Position numbers and translations under genes: made by a program
Notes under the pieces: model-generated
Database searches by the model: none
Told to the model about the DNA's origin: nothing
The model's input: only the letters and a program-made list of their open reading frames with translations
DNA from: a virus
Taxonomy: Duplodnaviria; Caudoviricetes
DNA: 64,000 nucleotides
IMG/VR virus record: IMGVR_UViG_3300028591_000071
Reading direction: 5' to 3' (one strand)
In this document: piece after piece, positions 27,025 to 36,543 of the stretch
Position numbering within the stretch: the stretch's first letter is position 1
How the letters are laid out: each line of letters opens with the position of its first letter

Positions 27025-28566
27025 CTAGTGTACAGTGATATTCAATCTTATTGCTGCCCTGTCTCTATTGTTGTTAAAATGGTTTGTGCCGTCAATTGGT
27101 GGTGTTTCCAAATAATCTCCTGGCCTACCTATCCCTTCCGTAGTTACGGTTGTTACATAATTAAATGTTTGAATAGTATTGCCGGTTAGATATCCCCCAT
27201 CAACACTCATTTCATCAAATTCAATTTCATCTTGTCCTACAGAAACTTCAAGGATATCTCCGTCAACTAAAGTTATGGTTGTGTAAGGCCCATAATTATT
27301 AACAAAGTTTCCTCTTAATTCTACCTCTTCATTTGTTCTTTTGTTTTTTACAAAAATTGTATGATGTGAATTTAGTACACCAAATTGGTAGTCGGAATAT
27401 GTAAACAAAATCAACTCATATTCAAGTCCTACCTGAGCAATTGATGTTACTATGTTGTTGTTACTATCAAATGTCACGCTGCTGGTCATTAGGTAGTAAG
27501 GGCCGCTAATTCTCTCCCATTCTACCCTGTATGGAATTTCGCTATCTGAAGTTTTATTAAATTGTCCAGAAGACTGTACGTTAGTATATCCAGATAATAG
27601 GGTTTCACGCCTATTAGCCTTAGCCGTGTTGTTATTCCCATATACAACAGCAGCAAACGTTGAAGCGGTTTCAGCGCTTAAACCATTAATTGTTTCAATT
27701 CTATCATTCCATGTTATCGCCGTTGGTATTACATCCAAATACACATAATATGAGGTTTCTTCATAAATGCATGCTTCGATATTATATTGTGACATTCCAC
27801 TGAAATTCGTATTAACAATATCCGTCGGAGATACCCAATCGTCAACATAGAAATCTGACACTTCATCTTCAATAATTTTTTTCCATATCAAACTGCCCCT
27901 TTTTAAGCAAAACCTGCCATATTCTTCTGCTACGCCACGTACCGTACATGCATAATCCGGTTGGTCCACTTCTATCGTACGGTCAGCTAGACTAATCGAA
28001 TCAACCTCGCCCATTGCTTTCACTTGCTCCATCGTGTAATCATCCGAAAAAGTTATACTACTTGTAGCATCCTGCGCTATACTATAGTCTTCATCAGGCC
28101 ATGGATTCATCCCTAAATATATATAAACATCCACGCTTGACCCACCTGTGAACGTGATAGTATATGTTGTGGTGGCACTTATATGTATTGGCACCGGGGT
28201 TTCTACACCACCCTTAATCTCTACCCCACCGAAGAGAATGTAAGGATTAAGGGCTATCGAATCCTGAACTTTTATTCCCGCATATTCCCCATTGTTTGAT
28301 GTAGGGTCGTCATATTCAGTATCCATTGCTGTGTCATCACCCGGATGCCAAGTAAATCCTTCTAATAACCCACCTTCCCTGTTTGGAACCTGATAAATCT
28401 CATCCGTATATACCGCATTGTTTATCTCGGTCCTCAACGCAGGGGAGTATGGAGTATACGCCGTTGATGATATTCCATAACTCGGAGTATAAGATGAAAA
28501 GACATACTTGTAAAGCATGTCGAGATTAATGACGCTATTTTCTATTAATGAACTATTTGCAAACAT
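27025..28566 (-). CDS. Hypothetical acidic Thr/Tyr-rich protein, probably virion-associated
   Basis: 513-aa ORF with beta-strand-like composition; CTATTTAT at 28583-28590 upstream. Confidence 0.55.
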   Translation of the reverse strand: MFANSSLIENSVINLDMLYKYVFSSYTPSYGISSTAYTPYSPALRTEINNAVYTDEIYQVPNREGGLLEGFTWHPGDDTAMDTEYDDPTSNNGEYAGIKVQDSIALNPYILFGGVEIKGGVETPVPIHISATTTYTITFTGGSSVDVYIYLGMNPWPDEDYSIAQDATSSITFSDDYTMEQVKAMGEVDSISLADRTIEVDQPDYACTVRGVAEEYGRFCLKRGSLIWKKIIEDEVSDFYVDDWVSPTDIVNTNFSGMSQYNIEACIYEETSYYVYLDVIPTAITWNDRIETINGLSAETASTFAAVVYGNNNTAKANRRETLLSGYTNVQSSGQFNKTSDSEIPYRVEWERISGPYYLMTSSVTFDSNNNIVTSIAQVGLEYELILFTYSDYQFGVLNSHHTIFVKNKRTNEEVELRGNFVNNYGPYTTITLVDGDILEVSVGQDEIEFDEMSVDGGYLTGNTIQTFNYVTTVTTEGIGRPGDYLETPPIDGTNHFNNNRDRAAIRLNITVH

Positions 28567-28612
28567 TTGAATATATTTTTTTATAAATAGTCAAATAAAG
28601 GCTTAAAAACAC

Positions 28613-28640
28613 AAAAAATCGGGGCATCTCTACCCCGATT
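28613..28640 (-). terminator. Intrinsic terminator
   Basis: AATCGGGG/CCCCGATT stem with U-tract on the minus strand. Confidence 0.65.
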
Positions 28641-28646
28641 GAACGA

Positions 28647-30008
28647 TTAATCGCTGATAATACTTAATATATCACTTGGCTCATTTACATATTTCCCAAC
28701 CTCACTATTATCTATATAATCATTAAACACCGCATCAAAATAAGATATCAGTTTTATTCCGTTGTTTTCACAAATTTCTTTTTTCTTGCGGTCCCTTTCC
28801 AAACAATATTTATACATTCGTCTTATGTCAGCCTCTGTCAGTTTCTTTGAACGGTATTTAACCTCCATAAAATGTTGCACGCCTTGGCATTCAATTCCAA
28901 CATTGTAATCTGGTAGATAAAAATCCAAAGACTGCCTTCCAAAAATTTCTTTATTGTGATATTGCCAAATGTAATTGATATTATTCTCTTTCAAAAATAA
29001 CTCCATTTTTCGTTCAAGATAAGGCATCTTGCACTTCGGACATCCTCTTCCATTTAAATGAGAACCTGGCGTCTGCCAAAATTCACCATGCTCCGGGCAT
29101 ATTATACGCACCTTTGTATGGTTATTAATATATTCAACCTTTGAATAATCATATTTTTCTCCGTATATTTTTTGAGCCTTTTCAATAAACAAATCCTTGT
29201 CTAAAAAATTCTTCGAACAAAAATGACACCCAGTACCTCTTAAATGGTTGTGTGGCGTCTGCCAAAACTCACCATGCTCTGGACATATTATACATACTTT
29301 TGTATTATTATTGACATATTCAACTTTTGAATAATCATATTTGTCACCATGAATTTTCCTCGCACGCTCCACAAAATACTCCTTATCCATGAATTGTTTT
29401 GAACATTTTGAACATCCGTGTTTTCCATCTATATGTGACGCCGGTGTTTGCCAAAATTCTCCGTGCTCAGGACAAATTATACAAACCTTTGTATTTCTGT
29501 TAACATATTGAACTTTCGAGTAGTCATATTTATCTCCATGAATTTCTATTGCCTTTTTAATAAACTCCTCTTGCCCCATGGCTGTACTACTCCCTCGTCT
29601 TTCATTATAGCACTCAGGACACCCGGCTCCGTGAAGATGATTCTTTGCTGTTTGCCAAAATTCACCATGCCTCGGACAAATAATACACATCTTTTCGTGG
29701 TTTCGTATATTTTTTGCCTTTGAATAATCATATTTATCACCGTGTATTCTCTTTGCCTTTTCAATAAAATATTCATCTCCCTTCTTTAGCCCATTAATAG
29801 TTCCAATTATTCCGCATTTTGGGCACCCATGTCCTGCATCAATGTGAGAATGTGGTGTTTGCCAAAATTCACCATGCTCCGGGCATATTATACACACCTT
29901 TGTATGATTATTAATGTATTTCACTTTTGAATAATCATATTTATCGCCATGTACCTTCTTTGCTTTTTCAATAAAAACATCTTTCGTTAACCTCATAATT
30001 TGTGGCAT
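28647..30008 (-). CDS. Putative homing endonuclease with five zinc-ribbon repeats (DUF723-like) and a C-terminal Vsr/DUF559-like nuclease domain
   Basis: 5 x G[DE]KYDYSK..Y.N...K..IICP.HGEFWQT...H..G.GC..C; C-terminal LDFYLPDYNVGIECQGVQHF...DRKKKEICENNGIKL. Confidence 0.8.
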   Translation of the reverse strand: MPQIMRLTKDVFIEKAKKVHGDKYDYSKVKYINNHTKVCIICPEHGEFWQTPHSHIDAGHGCPKCGIIGTINGLKKGDEYFIEKAKRIHGDKYDYSKAKNIRNHEKMCIICPRHGEFWQTAKNHLHGAGCPECYNERRGSSTAMGQEEFIKKAIEIHGDKYDYSKVQYVNRNTKVCIICPEHGEFWQTPASHIDGKHGCSKCSKQFMDKEYFVERARKIHGDKYDYSKVEYVNNNTKVCIICPEHGEFWQTPHNHLRGTGCHFCSKNFLDKDLFIEKAQKIYGEKYDYSKVEYINNHTKVRIICPEHGEFWQTPGSHLNGRGCPKCKMPYLERKMELFLKENNINYIWQYHNKEIFGRQSLDFYLPDYNVGIECQGVQHFMEVKYRSKKLTEADIRRMYKYCLERDRKKKEICENNGIKLISYFDAVFNDYIDNSEVGKYVNEPSDILSIISD

Positions 30009-30034
30009 TTACCAATAAATAGTGCCTAAAAAGT

Positions 30035-30060
30035 AAAAATCGGGAAATTCCCGATTTTTT
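30035..30060 (-). terminator. Terminator after the recA-like gene
   Basis: AAAAATCGGGAAATTCCCGATTTTT near-perfect palindrome. Confidence 0.7.
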
Positions 30061-31285
30061 ACTCTATTATTATGTCATCATCATCTTGTTCTTCGAACTC
30101 TATATCTGACATATCTGTTATCTTAGCAGAGCCATTTTCTTCTGCAATTTCATTTAGTTTTTTTAATAAAATTGGGGCTCTATTTTTCTTGTATTCTTCC
30201 TGTTCCTCCTTGCTTGTCCCTATTATACCTATATCAGTGCAAATGAACTCGCCTTCGTATGTAACATTAAAAGGACTTGGTAATTGATTTTTCAAAACTT
30301 TTATCTTCGTTTGTATTCCCCAATTATAATTCAGCCCCTTCGATGTTGCCGTTAGTTTTTTAACTGATGCTTTTAGCATTCCGCCAAGCAAAAGTATGAG
30401 TCTTGAGCGATATGTTATTGATTTTCCACCCTTCATCTCAAGGCTAGGTGGTCCAACCGGATTTGTTGTGCCATCAAGCCATACTTTATTTACGACAACC
30501 ATTGTGTTCGTATACGGAGAAGAAATCTTTCTTGAAGAAGGTATTGCATTATCCATTATATCCTGAAATGCAGCGGATATCGTGCCGGCGTCAAACATCG
30601 CGTTTCCAACCTTACTATTGTATGCCTTTAATCCTCCAATTGTTCCAACGGAATCCCACAAAAACACGAATCCTTGTTCTATGGTTCCATCCGCTTGAAG
30701 GTCTAAAAACTCGTTTATTGAATATACGATATCTTCAAGAACAGCCTTTGTTCTTTTCTTCCCCGTTCTTTTACCGGTTGAGTAGTCTATATCGCCATAT
30801 CGGTCTTTCAAAATGCTTTGATTAAAATAAAAAAAAGTTCCATCGTATTCAACTATCCTTTGTTCCGTTTCAATCCTTACTTCACCCGTTTCACTATCCA
30901 TAACTTCGACTTCAACATCTCCATATACAGGCTCCGCTTCCATGCCCATATCTATTGCATATTTAAAGTCAAAATTGTTTTCAGTGTCGTAGATAACAGG
31001 AATCAATCCTTGCCTTTGAGCTGCTACGATAAGATGATTTATCAATGTGGATTTTCCGACATTGGGGTGCCCACAGAGGCAACTGCAAAACCCCATAGGG
31101 AATCCAGGTAGCTTCAATGCATCCTGAAAAGCCTTTGGCATAAGGAGCCATTCAAGCGGTTTATCAGCATTACTTGCCCCTTGAATTTTTCCCTTCTCAA
31201 GTTTGACGCCGAACCCCATCTTTGCCTTGAGGTCGGCTATAGTCGCCTTTTTCTTGATAGGCGCTTTCTTTAATGGTTGTGCCAT
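30059..31285 (-). CDS. RecA/UvsX-like recombinase
   Basis: GHPNVGKST (Walker A), YDTEN, LWDSVG (Walker B), MKGG, TKIKVLKN. Confidence 0.9.
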   Translation of the reverse strand: MAQPLKKAPIKKKATIADLKAKMGFGVKLEKGKIQGASNADKPLEWLLMPKAFQDALKLPGFPMGFCSCLCGHPNVGKSTLINHLIVAAQRQGLIPVIYDTENNFDFKYAIDMGMEAEPVYGDVEVEVMDSETGEVRIETEQRIVEYDGTFFYFNQSILKDRYGDIDYSTGKRTGKKRTKAVLEDIVYSINEFLDLQADGTIEQGFVFLWDSVGTIGGLKAYNSKVGNAMFDAGTISAAFQDIMDNAIPSSRKISSPYTNTMVVVNKVWLDGTTNPVGPPSLEMKGGKSITYRSRLILLLGGMLKASVKKLTATSKGLNYNWGIQTKIKVLKNQLPSPFNVTYEGEFICTDIGIIGTSKEEQEEYKKNRAPILLKKLNEIAEENGSAKITDMSDIEFEEQDDDDIIIE

Positions 31286-31305
31286 ATTATTCAATATTTT
31301 CAAAT

Positions 31306-32157
31306 TTATTCATTTTCTTCTTTTATAAATTGCGGTGGCTGCGAGATTACGGTGTTAGGGTCAACCAACTCACCATCCCTGTCTTTCTTAGCCTTCACAA
31401 TCACCTTTCCTATCTTTGTAAGATAATCGTTAATCATCCTTTTCGTGAGGTTTTTCCACCAATTGAAATGCTTTCCGAAATTAGTCATACATATATTTTC
31501 AACTGACTGTATGAAATAAGGAGTATCGTTATTCAACTGATTGTTTATAATCATCAAATTCTTATATACAGAAGTTCCTTTTATGATTTCAAACGGGTCT
31601 TCGCTTGGATTGTCCATTATCACCCTGTAATAACTGTTTTCGTGGGCGTCTCGCTCGAACTTATTGGCATAATAAACTGAATAACCGACCACTTGTTCAA
31701 AATAGTCCCTGCTGTTAGTTAATCTGTGGGCCGCATTATATATCTTCTTTGAACTTGTCTTTGTCAATAAATTTTTACCGTGTTTGGATGTTTGGTATGC
31801 GTGCTCTATTTCGTGCTGAAGAGTGCCGCCGTAATCTATATATCTGTTTTCATCTCTCACATAAACAACCGTTGTATTTAAAGCCTTGTTGTCATCATCA
31901 TATCCGCCCGACCATTTTATCGGCAACGATTTCGCTTCTTCATTGGTATCAACGAAATATAATTTATAGTTGATATCAATAGCCTTTCCAAACAGATTGA
32001 CCCCCTTGATGCTACCCGTCTTTTTATTTCCGATGAGTGGTTTTCCCTTCTTGTCTTTGGCTATCATTGAAAATATGTTGTTGGCCGTTTTCGTAACGAG
32101 GTCGGATATTCCCAACTCCTCGTTGACTGCCTGTACTATTTGTTCAAATAAGTCCAT
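31306..32157 (-). CDS. Putative zincin-like metalloprotease (HExxH), paralogue of 607..1518
   Basis: LQHEIEHA, FERDAH, shared TSVYK; N-terminal AVNEE. Confidence 0.5.
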   Translation of the reverse strand: MDLFEQIVQAVNEELGISDLVTKTANNIFSMIAKDKKGKPLIGNKKTGSIKGVNLFGKAIDINYKLYFVDTNEEAKSLPIKWSGGYDDDNKALNTTVVYVRDENRYIDYGGTLQHEIEHAYQTSKHGKNLLTKTSSKKIYNAAHRLTNSRDYFEQVVGYSVYYANKFERDAHENSYYRVIMDNPSEDPFEIIKGTSVYKNLMIINNQLNNDTPYFIQSVENICMTNFGKHFNWWKNLTKRMINDYLTKIGKVIVKAKKDRDGELVDPNTVISQPPQFIKEENE

Positions 32158-32777
32158 TATTCATCGTCTTTTTGATACATCTTATTCCCCGTCTTCTCAT
32201 AATAACACTTCCTGCAAATGGACGCATACCTGTCGTCACCACCGATTTCAACCTGCTCGCCATCGGTAACAATCTGTCCGTCTGAGTTTATTCTTGCGTT
32301 GAAGATTGTTTTATGGTTGCAATAACAACTCGACTTTATCTCTTCAAGCGTATCAGCCACCTCAAAGAGTCTCTTTGAACCCTCGAAAAGATGCGTTTGG
32401 AAATCTGTCCTCAGACCGTAACACATAACATTTATATTAAGTGTGTCCGCGATTGCTGCGAGTTGGTCAACCTGCTCTGCGGTGAGGAACTGTGCTTCAT
32501 CGACAAGTATCCACTTTATCGGCTCCGCGCCGAGTATTTCGTTGTCCTTATACGCCCCAACAATGGAATATAAGTTATCTAACTTTGAGATGCTTATGCA
32601 CTCCCTGTCCCCAAGGGCTCTTGAATGGATTACATTTTCTCCGTCCCTGTCGTCTATCTCGCTTTTGAAGATAATGAACGGAATTGAATGTGCCTGAAAA
32701 TTATGTGCAGATGCCAACAGATGCATACTTTTGCCGGAGCCCATACACCCGTAGTAGAAAAATAATTTGCCTCTCAT
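32157..32777 (-). CDS. tdk: Thymidine kinase
   Basis: YGCMGSGKS, ILVDEAQFL, YGLRTDF, FEGS, IGGDDRYASICRKC. Confidence 0.95.
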   Translation of the reverse strand: MRGKLFFYYGCMGSGKSMHLLASAHNFQAHSIPFIIFKSEIDDRDGENVIHSRALGDRECISISKLDNLYSIVGAYKDNEILGAEPIKWILVDEAQFLTAEQVDQLAAIADTLNINVMCYGLRTDFQTHLFEGSKRLFEVADTLEEIKSSCYCNHKTIFNARINSDGQIVTDGEQVEIGGDDRYASICRKCYYEKTGNKMYQKDDE

Positions 32778-32782
32778 TTATG

Positions 32783-32820
32783 AAAAAGAAAAATATGGGC
32801 CCGCCGAATTAACGGGCCCA
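32783..32820 (-). terminator. Intrinsic terminator after the SSB gene
   Basis: TGGGCCCG/CGGGCCCA stem plus U-rich tract on the minus strand. Confidence 0.65.
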
Positions 32821-32827
32821 ATTTATT

Positions 32828-33853
32828 TTAGAACGGAAGGTCATCGTCATCAACCGTTATTGATGCTGCGAATGATTCCTTCTTCTCCTCTACTTTTGGA
32901 GTAACGGGAGCGGCTTCAACGGACTTCGCAAGATTCTTCATCTCCTCGGAAGCGTCCTTTGCTTCCTGTTCAGCTTCAGTCTTCTGAATTCCGTGAACAT
33001 TCTCATATTCCTCTTTGTCAACCCATATGTTATTCTCCTTGTCGAACCAAGGAATCCTCATCTCTGAAACGAGTTTGAGATATTCATACGGCTTGCAGGT
33101 AAATACATCCTGCCACTTCTTCTCATCGTAAATCCACTTCTTCATCTGTTCCTCATCGGTGGAAAGCGGACTGCGGTCGCTGTCATCAACAATCTGAGGG
33201 GCTGATGTGCCCTGTGCTGCGGTGATGGTTATGTTAAGGTCGCGGCCATTATAAATATCAAGGATATTTTCGGTCTGCCCCTTCTTTTCAGCATTCGCCT
33301 TCCTCAACTGATAAAGTTTGATAATCTGATTGTACGGGTCGGCCTTGTCGTTTCTGATTTTGAATTTCCAGAACTTCACGCCCTCGTCCTCCTTGCCTCG
33401 TTCGATACAGCGAACGATAACAGCCTCCCTTGCAAGATTGTCAAGCGAGATGTCCTGCCATTCCTTCTTCTGAACAGGGTCGGTGCATTTCAGTGACTCA
33501 TTGTAAGCACTCTTGTTGATTTCACAGAAAGGACACTTGTTTCCGAACTTCTCGTGGTCGATGTCAGCAGTCTTTGAAAGACAGATGTAATCCTTGAACG
33601 GCTTCTGCCCCTGCTTTACAAGTTCCTTCGGTACTTTTACATTGTGAACATGAACCTTCACGAAAGGACTTCCGGTCTTAAGGTCCATAGGAAGAAGACG
33701 GATAGTGATTGTCTTCTCGGTCTCACCCTCATCAAGACGAACATTCAGATAGTTCTTGAGGTTGAAATTGCCGTTTCTCTGCGGCTTTGACTCATTTCCA
33801 TCGAGAATCAATGATTCAGGATTAATGTTAGGTAGTTCAATTAAATTGCCCAT
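32828..33853 (-). CDS. Single-stranded DNA-binding protein (T4 gp32-like)
   Basis: TIRLLP, H...C...CPFCE zinc site, GVKFWKF, GRDL, acidic tail ending DDDDLPF. Confidence 0.85.
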   Translation of the reverse strand: MGNLIELPNINPESLILDGNESKPQRNGNFNLKNYLNVRLDEGETEKTITIRLLPMDLKTGSPFVKVHVHNVKVPKELVKQGQKPFKDYICLSKTADIDHEKFGNKCPFCEINKSAYNESLKCTDPVQKKEWQDISLDNLAREAVIVRCIERGKEDEGVKFWKFKIRNDKADPYNQIIKLYQLRKANAEKKGQTENILDIYNGRDLNITITAAQGTSAPQIVDDSDRSPLSTDEEQMKKWIYDEKKWQDVFTCKPYEYLKLVSEMRIPWFDKENNIWVDKEEYENVHGIQKTEAEQEAKDASEEMKNLAKSVEAAPVTPKVEEKKESFAASITVDDDDLPF

Positions 33854-33906
33854 AATAAATTAAAGTTTTGTTAAAAATTATTAAAACGTAAAAATGTCTT
33901 TATATG

Positions 33907-33935
33907 AATATACAAAATTCACTCGAATAAACCAA
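33907..33935 (-). promoter_or_regulatory. Early-type promoter TTGGTT-N17-TATATT
   Basis: Exact match to the recurring motif. Confidence 0.65.
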
Positions 33936-33999
33936 ATTTTAGAAACAAAACCCGCCACTTTGATTGCTCAGGGAATGGCGGGGCTTAAGTTCCTTTTTC

Positions 34000-34848
34000 T
34001 TAGTAACCCAAAATGTCGTGAAGTCCAAGTTTTCCGTCGAACTCCTTGGCGATTGAGTTGTAGTCGGTGAAATTATCGATGTCTCCCTTGGTAATCTTGT
34101 ACTGAGGGTCATCTGCACCGTTGTTGTCATCAGCATCGCTATAGTTCTCAGGAGCATAATTATTCATATACTCGTTCGGAGTCATACCATATGGCGCTGA
34201 TTTCGTTGAACGCATTGACATTCTCTGCAGTGGGGTAGGATTTCTCTTCTCAAATTCACTTTCGAGTTTTCCAAGGTACTCATTCGTGTGGGTGTCAATG
34301 TCTGATATTCTCTTTTCAAGATTATCAAGCGATGACATCAGCCTCTCGAACTTTCCTGAAAGAGCATCGACTTTCTTTTCGGTCTCTTCCTGTGAATCCG
34401 TAAGGTCATCTACATCGATTACCTCGTCATCTCCGCCCATAGCGTTAGGGTCCCCACCCATTGAAGGGTCTCCCATTGCGTTAGGGTCACCTCCCATTGT
34501 CGGGTCCATTCCGCCTTGTGCATTAGGGTCTCCGCCCATTCCGTCCATAGGTGCACCTTGTTCTACGCCCTGTGGTTGGAATCCCTCAGGTGGCGTTGCT
34601 TCGCCGCCTGCCGCATTAGGGTCTCCGCCCATGGCATTCGGGTCTCCACCCATTGCATTAGGGTCGCCCCCCATGTCGCCACCCATTCCTGGGTCGCCTC
34701 CCATCGAGGGGTCGGCGCCGCCCATGGAAGGGTCTCCGCCCTGCATCATATCGTCTTCTCCCTCTTCGGATACATCGAATGCACCCGCAGGGCTCGTATA
34801 CTCAAGAATGCAGCGTTTGAATTTCTTGATGTATTCCTTCTTGTCCAT
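34000..34848 (-). CDS. Acidic low-complexity protein (GGDPNAM repeats plus coiled coil), possible prohead core/scaffold protein
   Basis: Repeated MGGDP[NS][AM]; N-terminal ILE/VSEE; downstream of a CTATTTAT unit. Confidence 0.55.
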   Translation of the reverse strand: MDKKEYIKKFKRCILEYTSPAGAFDVSEEGEDDMMQGGDPSMGGADPSMGGDPGMGGDMGGDPNAMGGDPNAMGGDPNAAGGEATPPEGFQPQGVEQGAPMDGMGGDPNAQGGMDPTMGGDPNAMGDPSMGGDPNAMGGDDEVIDVDDLTDSQEETEKKVDALSGKFERLMSSLDNLEKRISDIDTHTNEYLGKLESEFEKRNPTPLQRMSMRSTKSAPYGMTPNEYMNNYAPENYSDADDNNGADDPQYKITKGDIDNFTDYNSIAKEFDGKLGLHDILGY

Positions 34849-34854
34849 AGCCAA

Positions 34855-35178
34855 TTAGTCGTTTAGAACCTGACGATTATCCTCGGTTAGAATTATTTTT
34901 GAAGACTCTGTTCTTTCGATAAGTCCACGGTCCTTCTTAACAACCTTAACCTCCTGAGGCATGTAGTCGTTCAAAACGGTCTCTGCTGCCATTATTTGTT
35001 CATCCGCCTTCATAGTCTTGGATTTTTTTGTTTTCTTATTAGTTGCCTTCTTTGGCTTTTCTGAAACTGCCGGCTTCTCTTCAACAACCGTCTCTTCCTT
35101 CTTTGCAACAGGTGCCGAAACAGGAAGACGATAGTTTCTGCTTACCATATAAGACTTATTTATAAACCTTAGTTTCAT
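34855..35178 (-). CDS. Hypothetical small basic protein
   Basis: 107-aa ORF; CTATTTAT at 35195-35202. Confidence 0.65.
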   Translation of the reverse strand: MKLRFINKSYMVSRNYRLPVSAPVAKKEETVVEEKPAVSEKPKKATNKKTKKSKTMKADEQIMAAETVLNDYMPQEVKVVKKDRGLIERTESSKIILTEDNRQVLND

Positions 35179-35230
35179 TTTATGTATTTTTCTTATAAAT
35201 AGTTAATATATGTAAAAACGCCGTTTTATA

Positions 35231-35821
35231 CTACGACAAGATATATGGGATGATATAATCGCGGTTCCTGAAAGAATATCTCACCTCATTTGGAAGGTTC
35301 TCTCCCGCACTTACCATCGACACATTTTCCTCCTTTGCCAAAAGAGACAGGAACATCTTCGGATTCTTCCCGACATAATCCATCTCCCGCAATGAGAGCC
35401 CATATACAACGCACGATGACGGTATATAAACATATACGAAACCGTTGGTATAATACGCTGTCGTCCCGCCTTCAGCCTCAACCTTACCTATAAAGTCGGC
35501 AATTTCCTCTTTCTTTGAAGTTATAACGCTGATAAACCGATAGTTGATTGACTTTATGAACGAATCTATCGCAATCTCCTTGAACTTCGCCATCCTCTCC
35601 TCATATACGGACCGCTTTTCCCTGTTGCCGAATGTCCAATAAACACCATCTTCAACAATCCAATCAACGATATTTGCTTCAGGAAACATTTTCTTTGTAT
35701 ATTCCCATCCGATTACCATCGTCGGTATTCCGTCTATGAGCGATGCCTTATCGCTTACAACGTTGTATAATTCGTAATCGGAAAATTTCTTCTCCGTCAG
35801 TATATTCGCAATATATCTCAT
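35231..35821 (-). CDS. Hypothetical protein
   Basis: 196-aa ORF with TTTGTATATT directly upstream. Confidence 0.65.
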   Translation of the reverse strand: MRYIANILTEKKFSDYELYNVVSDKASLIDGIPTMVIGWEYTKKMFPEANIVDWIVEDGVYWTFGNREKRSVYEERMAKFKEIAIDSFIKSINYRFISVITSKKEEIADFIGKVEAEGGTTAYYTNGFVYVYIPSSCVVYGLSLREMDYVGKNPKMFLSLLAKEENVSMVSAGENLPNEVRYSFRNRDYIIPYILS

Positions 35822-35838
35822 TGCGATGAATATACAAA

Positions 35839-36528
35839 TTATTTCTGTCCTTTCAAAGCGTTGTAGTAATTACGCATTTTTACGTCGTAATTATTCTTTT
35901 TGTAATCTGAACCGTTATATCCTTCAGCAAATTTATCAAATCTTGGTGGGGTGCTTCTTATTGCATTAAGACATGTGCCAACCTTTTTAATGTAATTACA
36001 TCCCAACAACAATTGTTGATATTCCGATTCCTTCGCCTTGTCAATCAAGTCATAAACAGAAGAACATCCCACGGTTTCAAAGTTAAATCCCATTACCTGA
36101 AACATTCCCCAACTTGCAGACCTAAGGGCTGCTTCTTTGCATTTTTCTGAACCACCGTCTATCATCATTGCCCTGTTAAGACGGTCATATTCCTTAACTC
36201 CACCTATATATCCGCCGCTTTTCGGGTTCAAGATATCCTCATTTCCTTTGAAATACTTATTCGGGTCAATTCCTTCTTTTCTAAGTTGTCCCCAAAAAAT
36301 ATGTCTTTCGAACAATATCTTCGGTTGTCCATCACTGAAAAAGCCGTCGCCACGCGATTCGACTTTTGCTACAGCCTTCAATGCTTCTACTTCGCAGCCT
36401 AAATACGCTGCGGCATTATTCCAATCCTCTTCGGTCAGGGTTTTGTTGCCGCTTCCTCCCTTTATACCGGTTAATCCTGTTGGGCCACTACCGCCCACGC
36501 TTCCATCAGGTGTAATTTTACATGCCAT
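35839..36528 (-). CDS. N-acetylmuramidase (DUF3380-type) lysin
   Basis: AVAKVESRG.GF, PKILFERHIF, SASWGMFQVMGFN, FAEGYNG..Y..N.YD.K. Confidence 0.9.
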   Translation of the reverse strand: MACKITPDGSVGGSGPTGLTGIKGGSGNKTLTEEDWNNAAAYLGCEVEALKAVAKVESRGDGFFSDGQPKILFERHIFWGQLRKEGIDPNKYFKGNEDILNPKSGGYIGGVKEYDRLNRAMMIDGGSEKCKEAALRSASWGMFQVMGFNFETVGCSSVYDLIDKAKESEYQQLLLGCNYIKKVGTCLNAIRSTPPRFDKFAEGYNGSDYKKNNYDVKMRNYYNALKGQK

Positions 36529-36543
36529 AATTCATTAGTTTTT

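Noticed and set aside
34286-34866. Long antisense ORFs here and opposite the collagen, tape measure and TnpB genes
   Set aside because: Shadow frames of repetitive or GC-richer coding sequence, with no promoter motifs or recognisable domains
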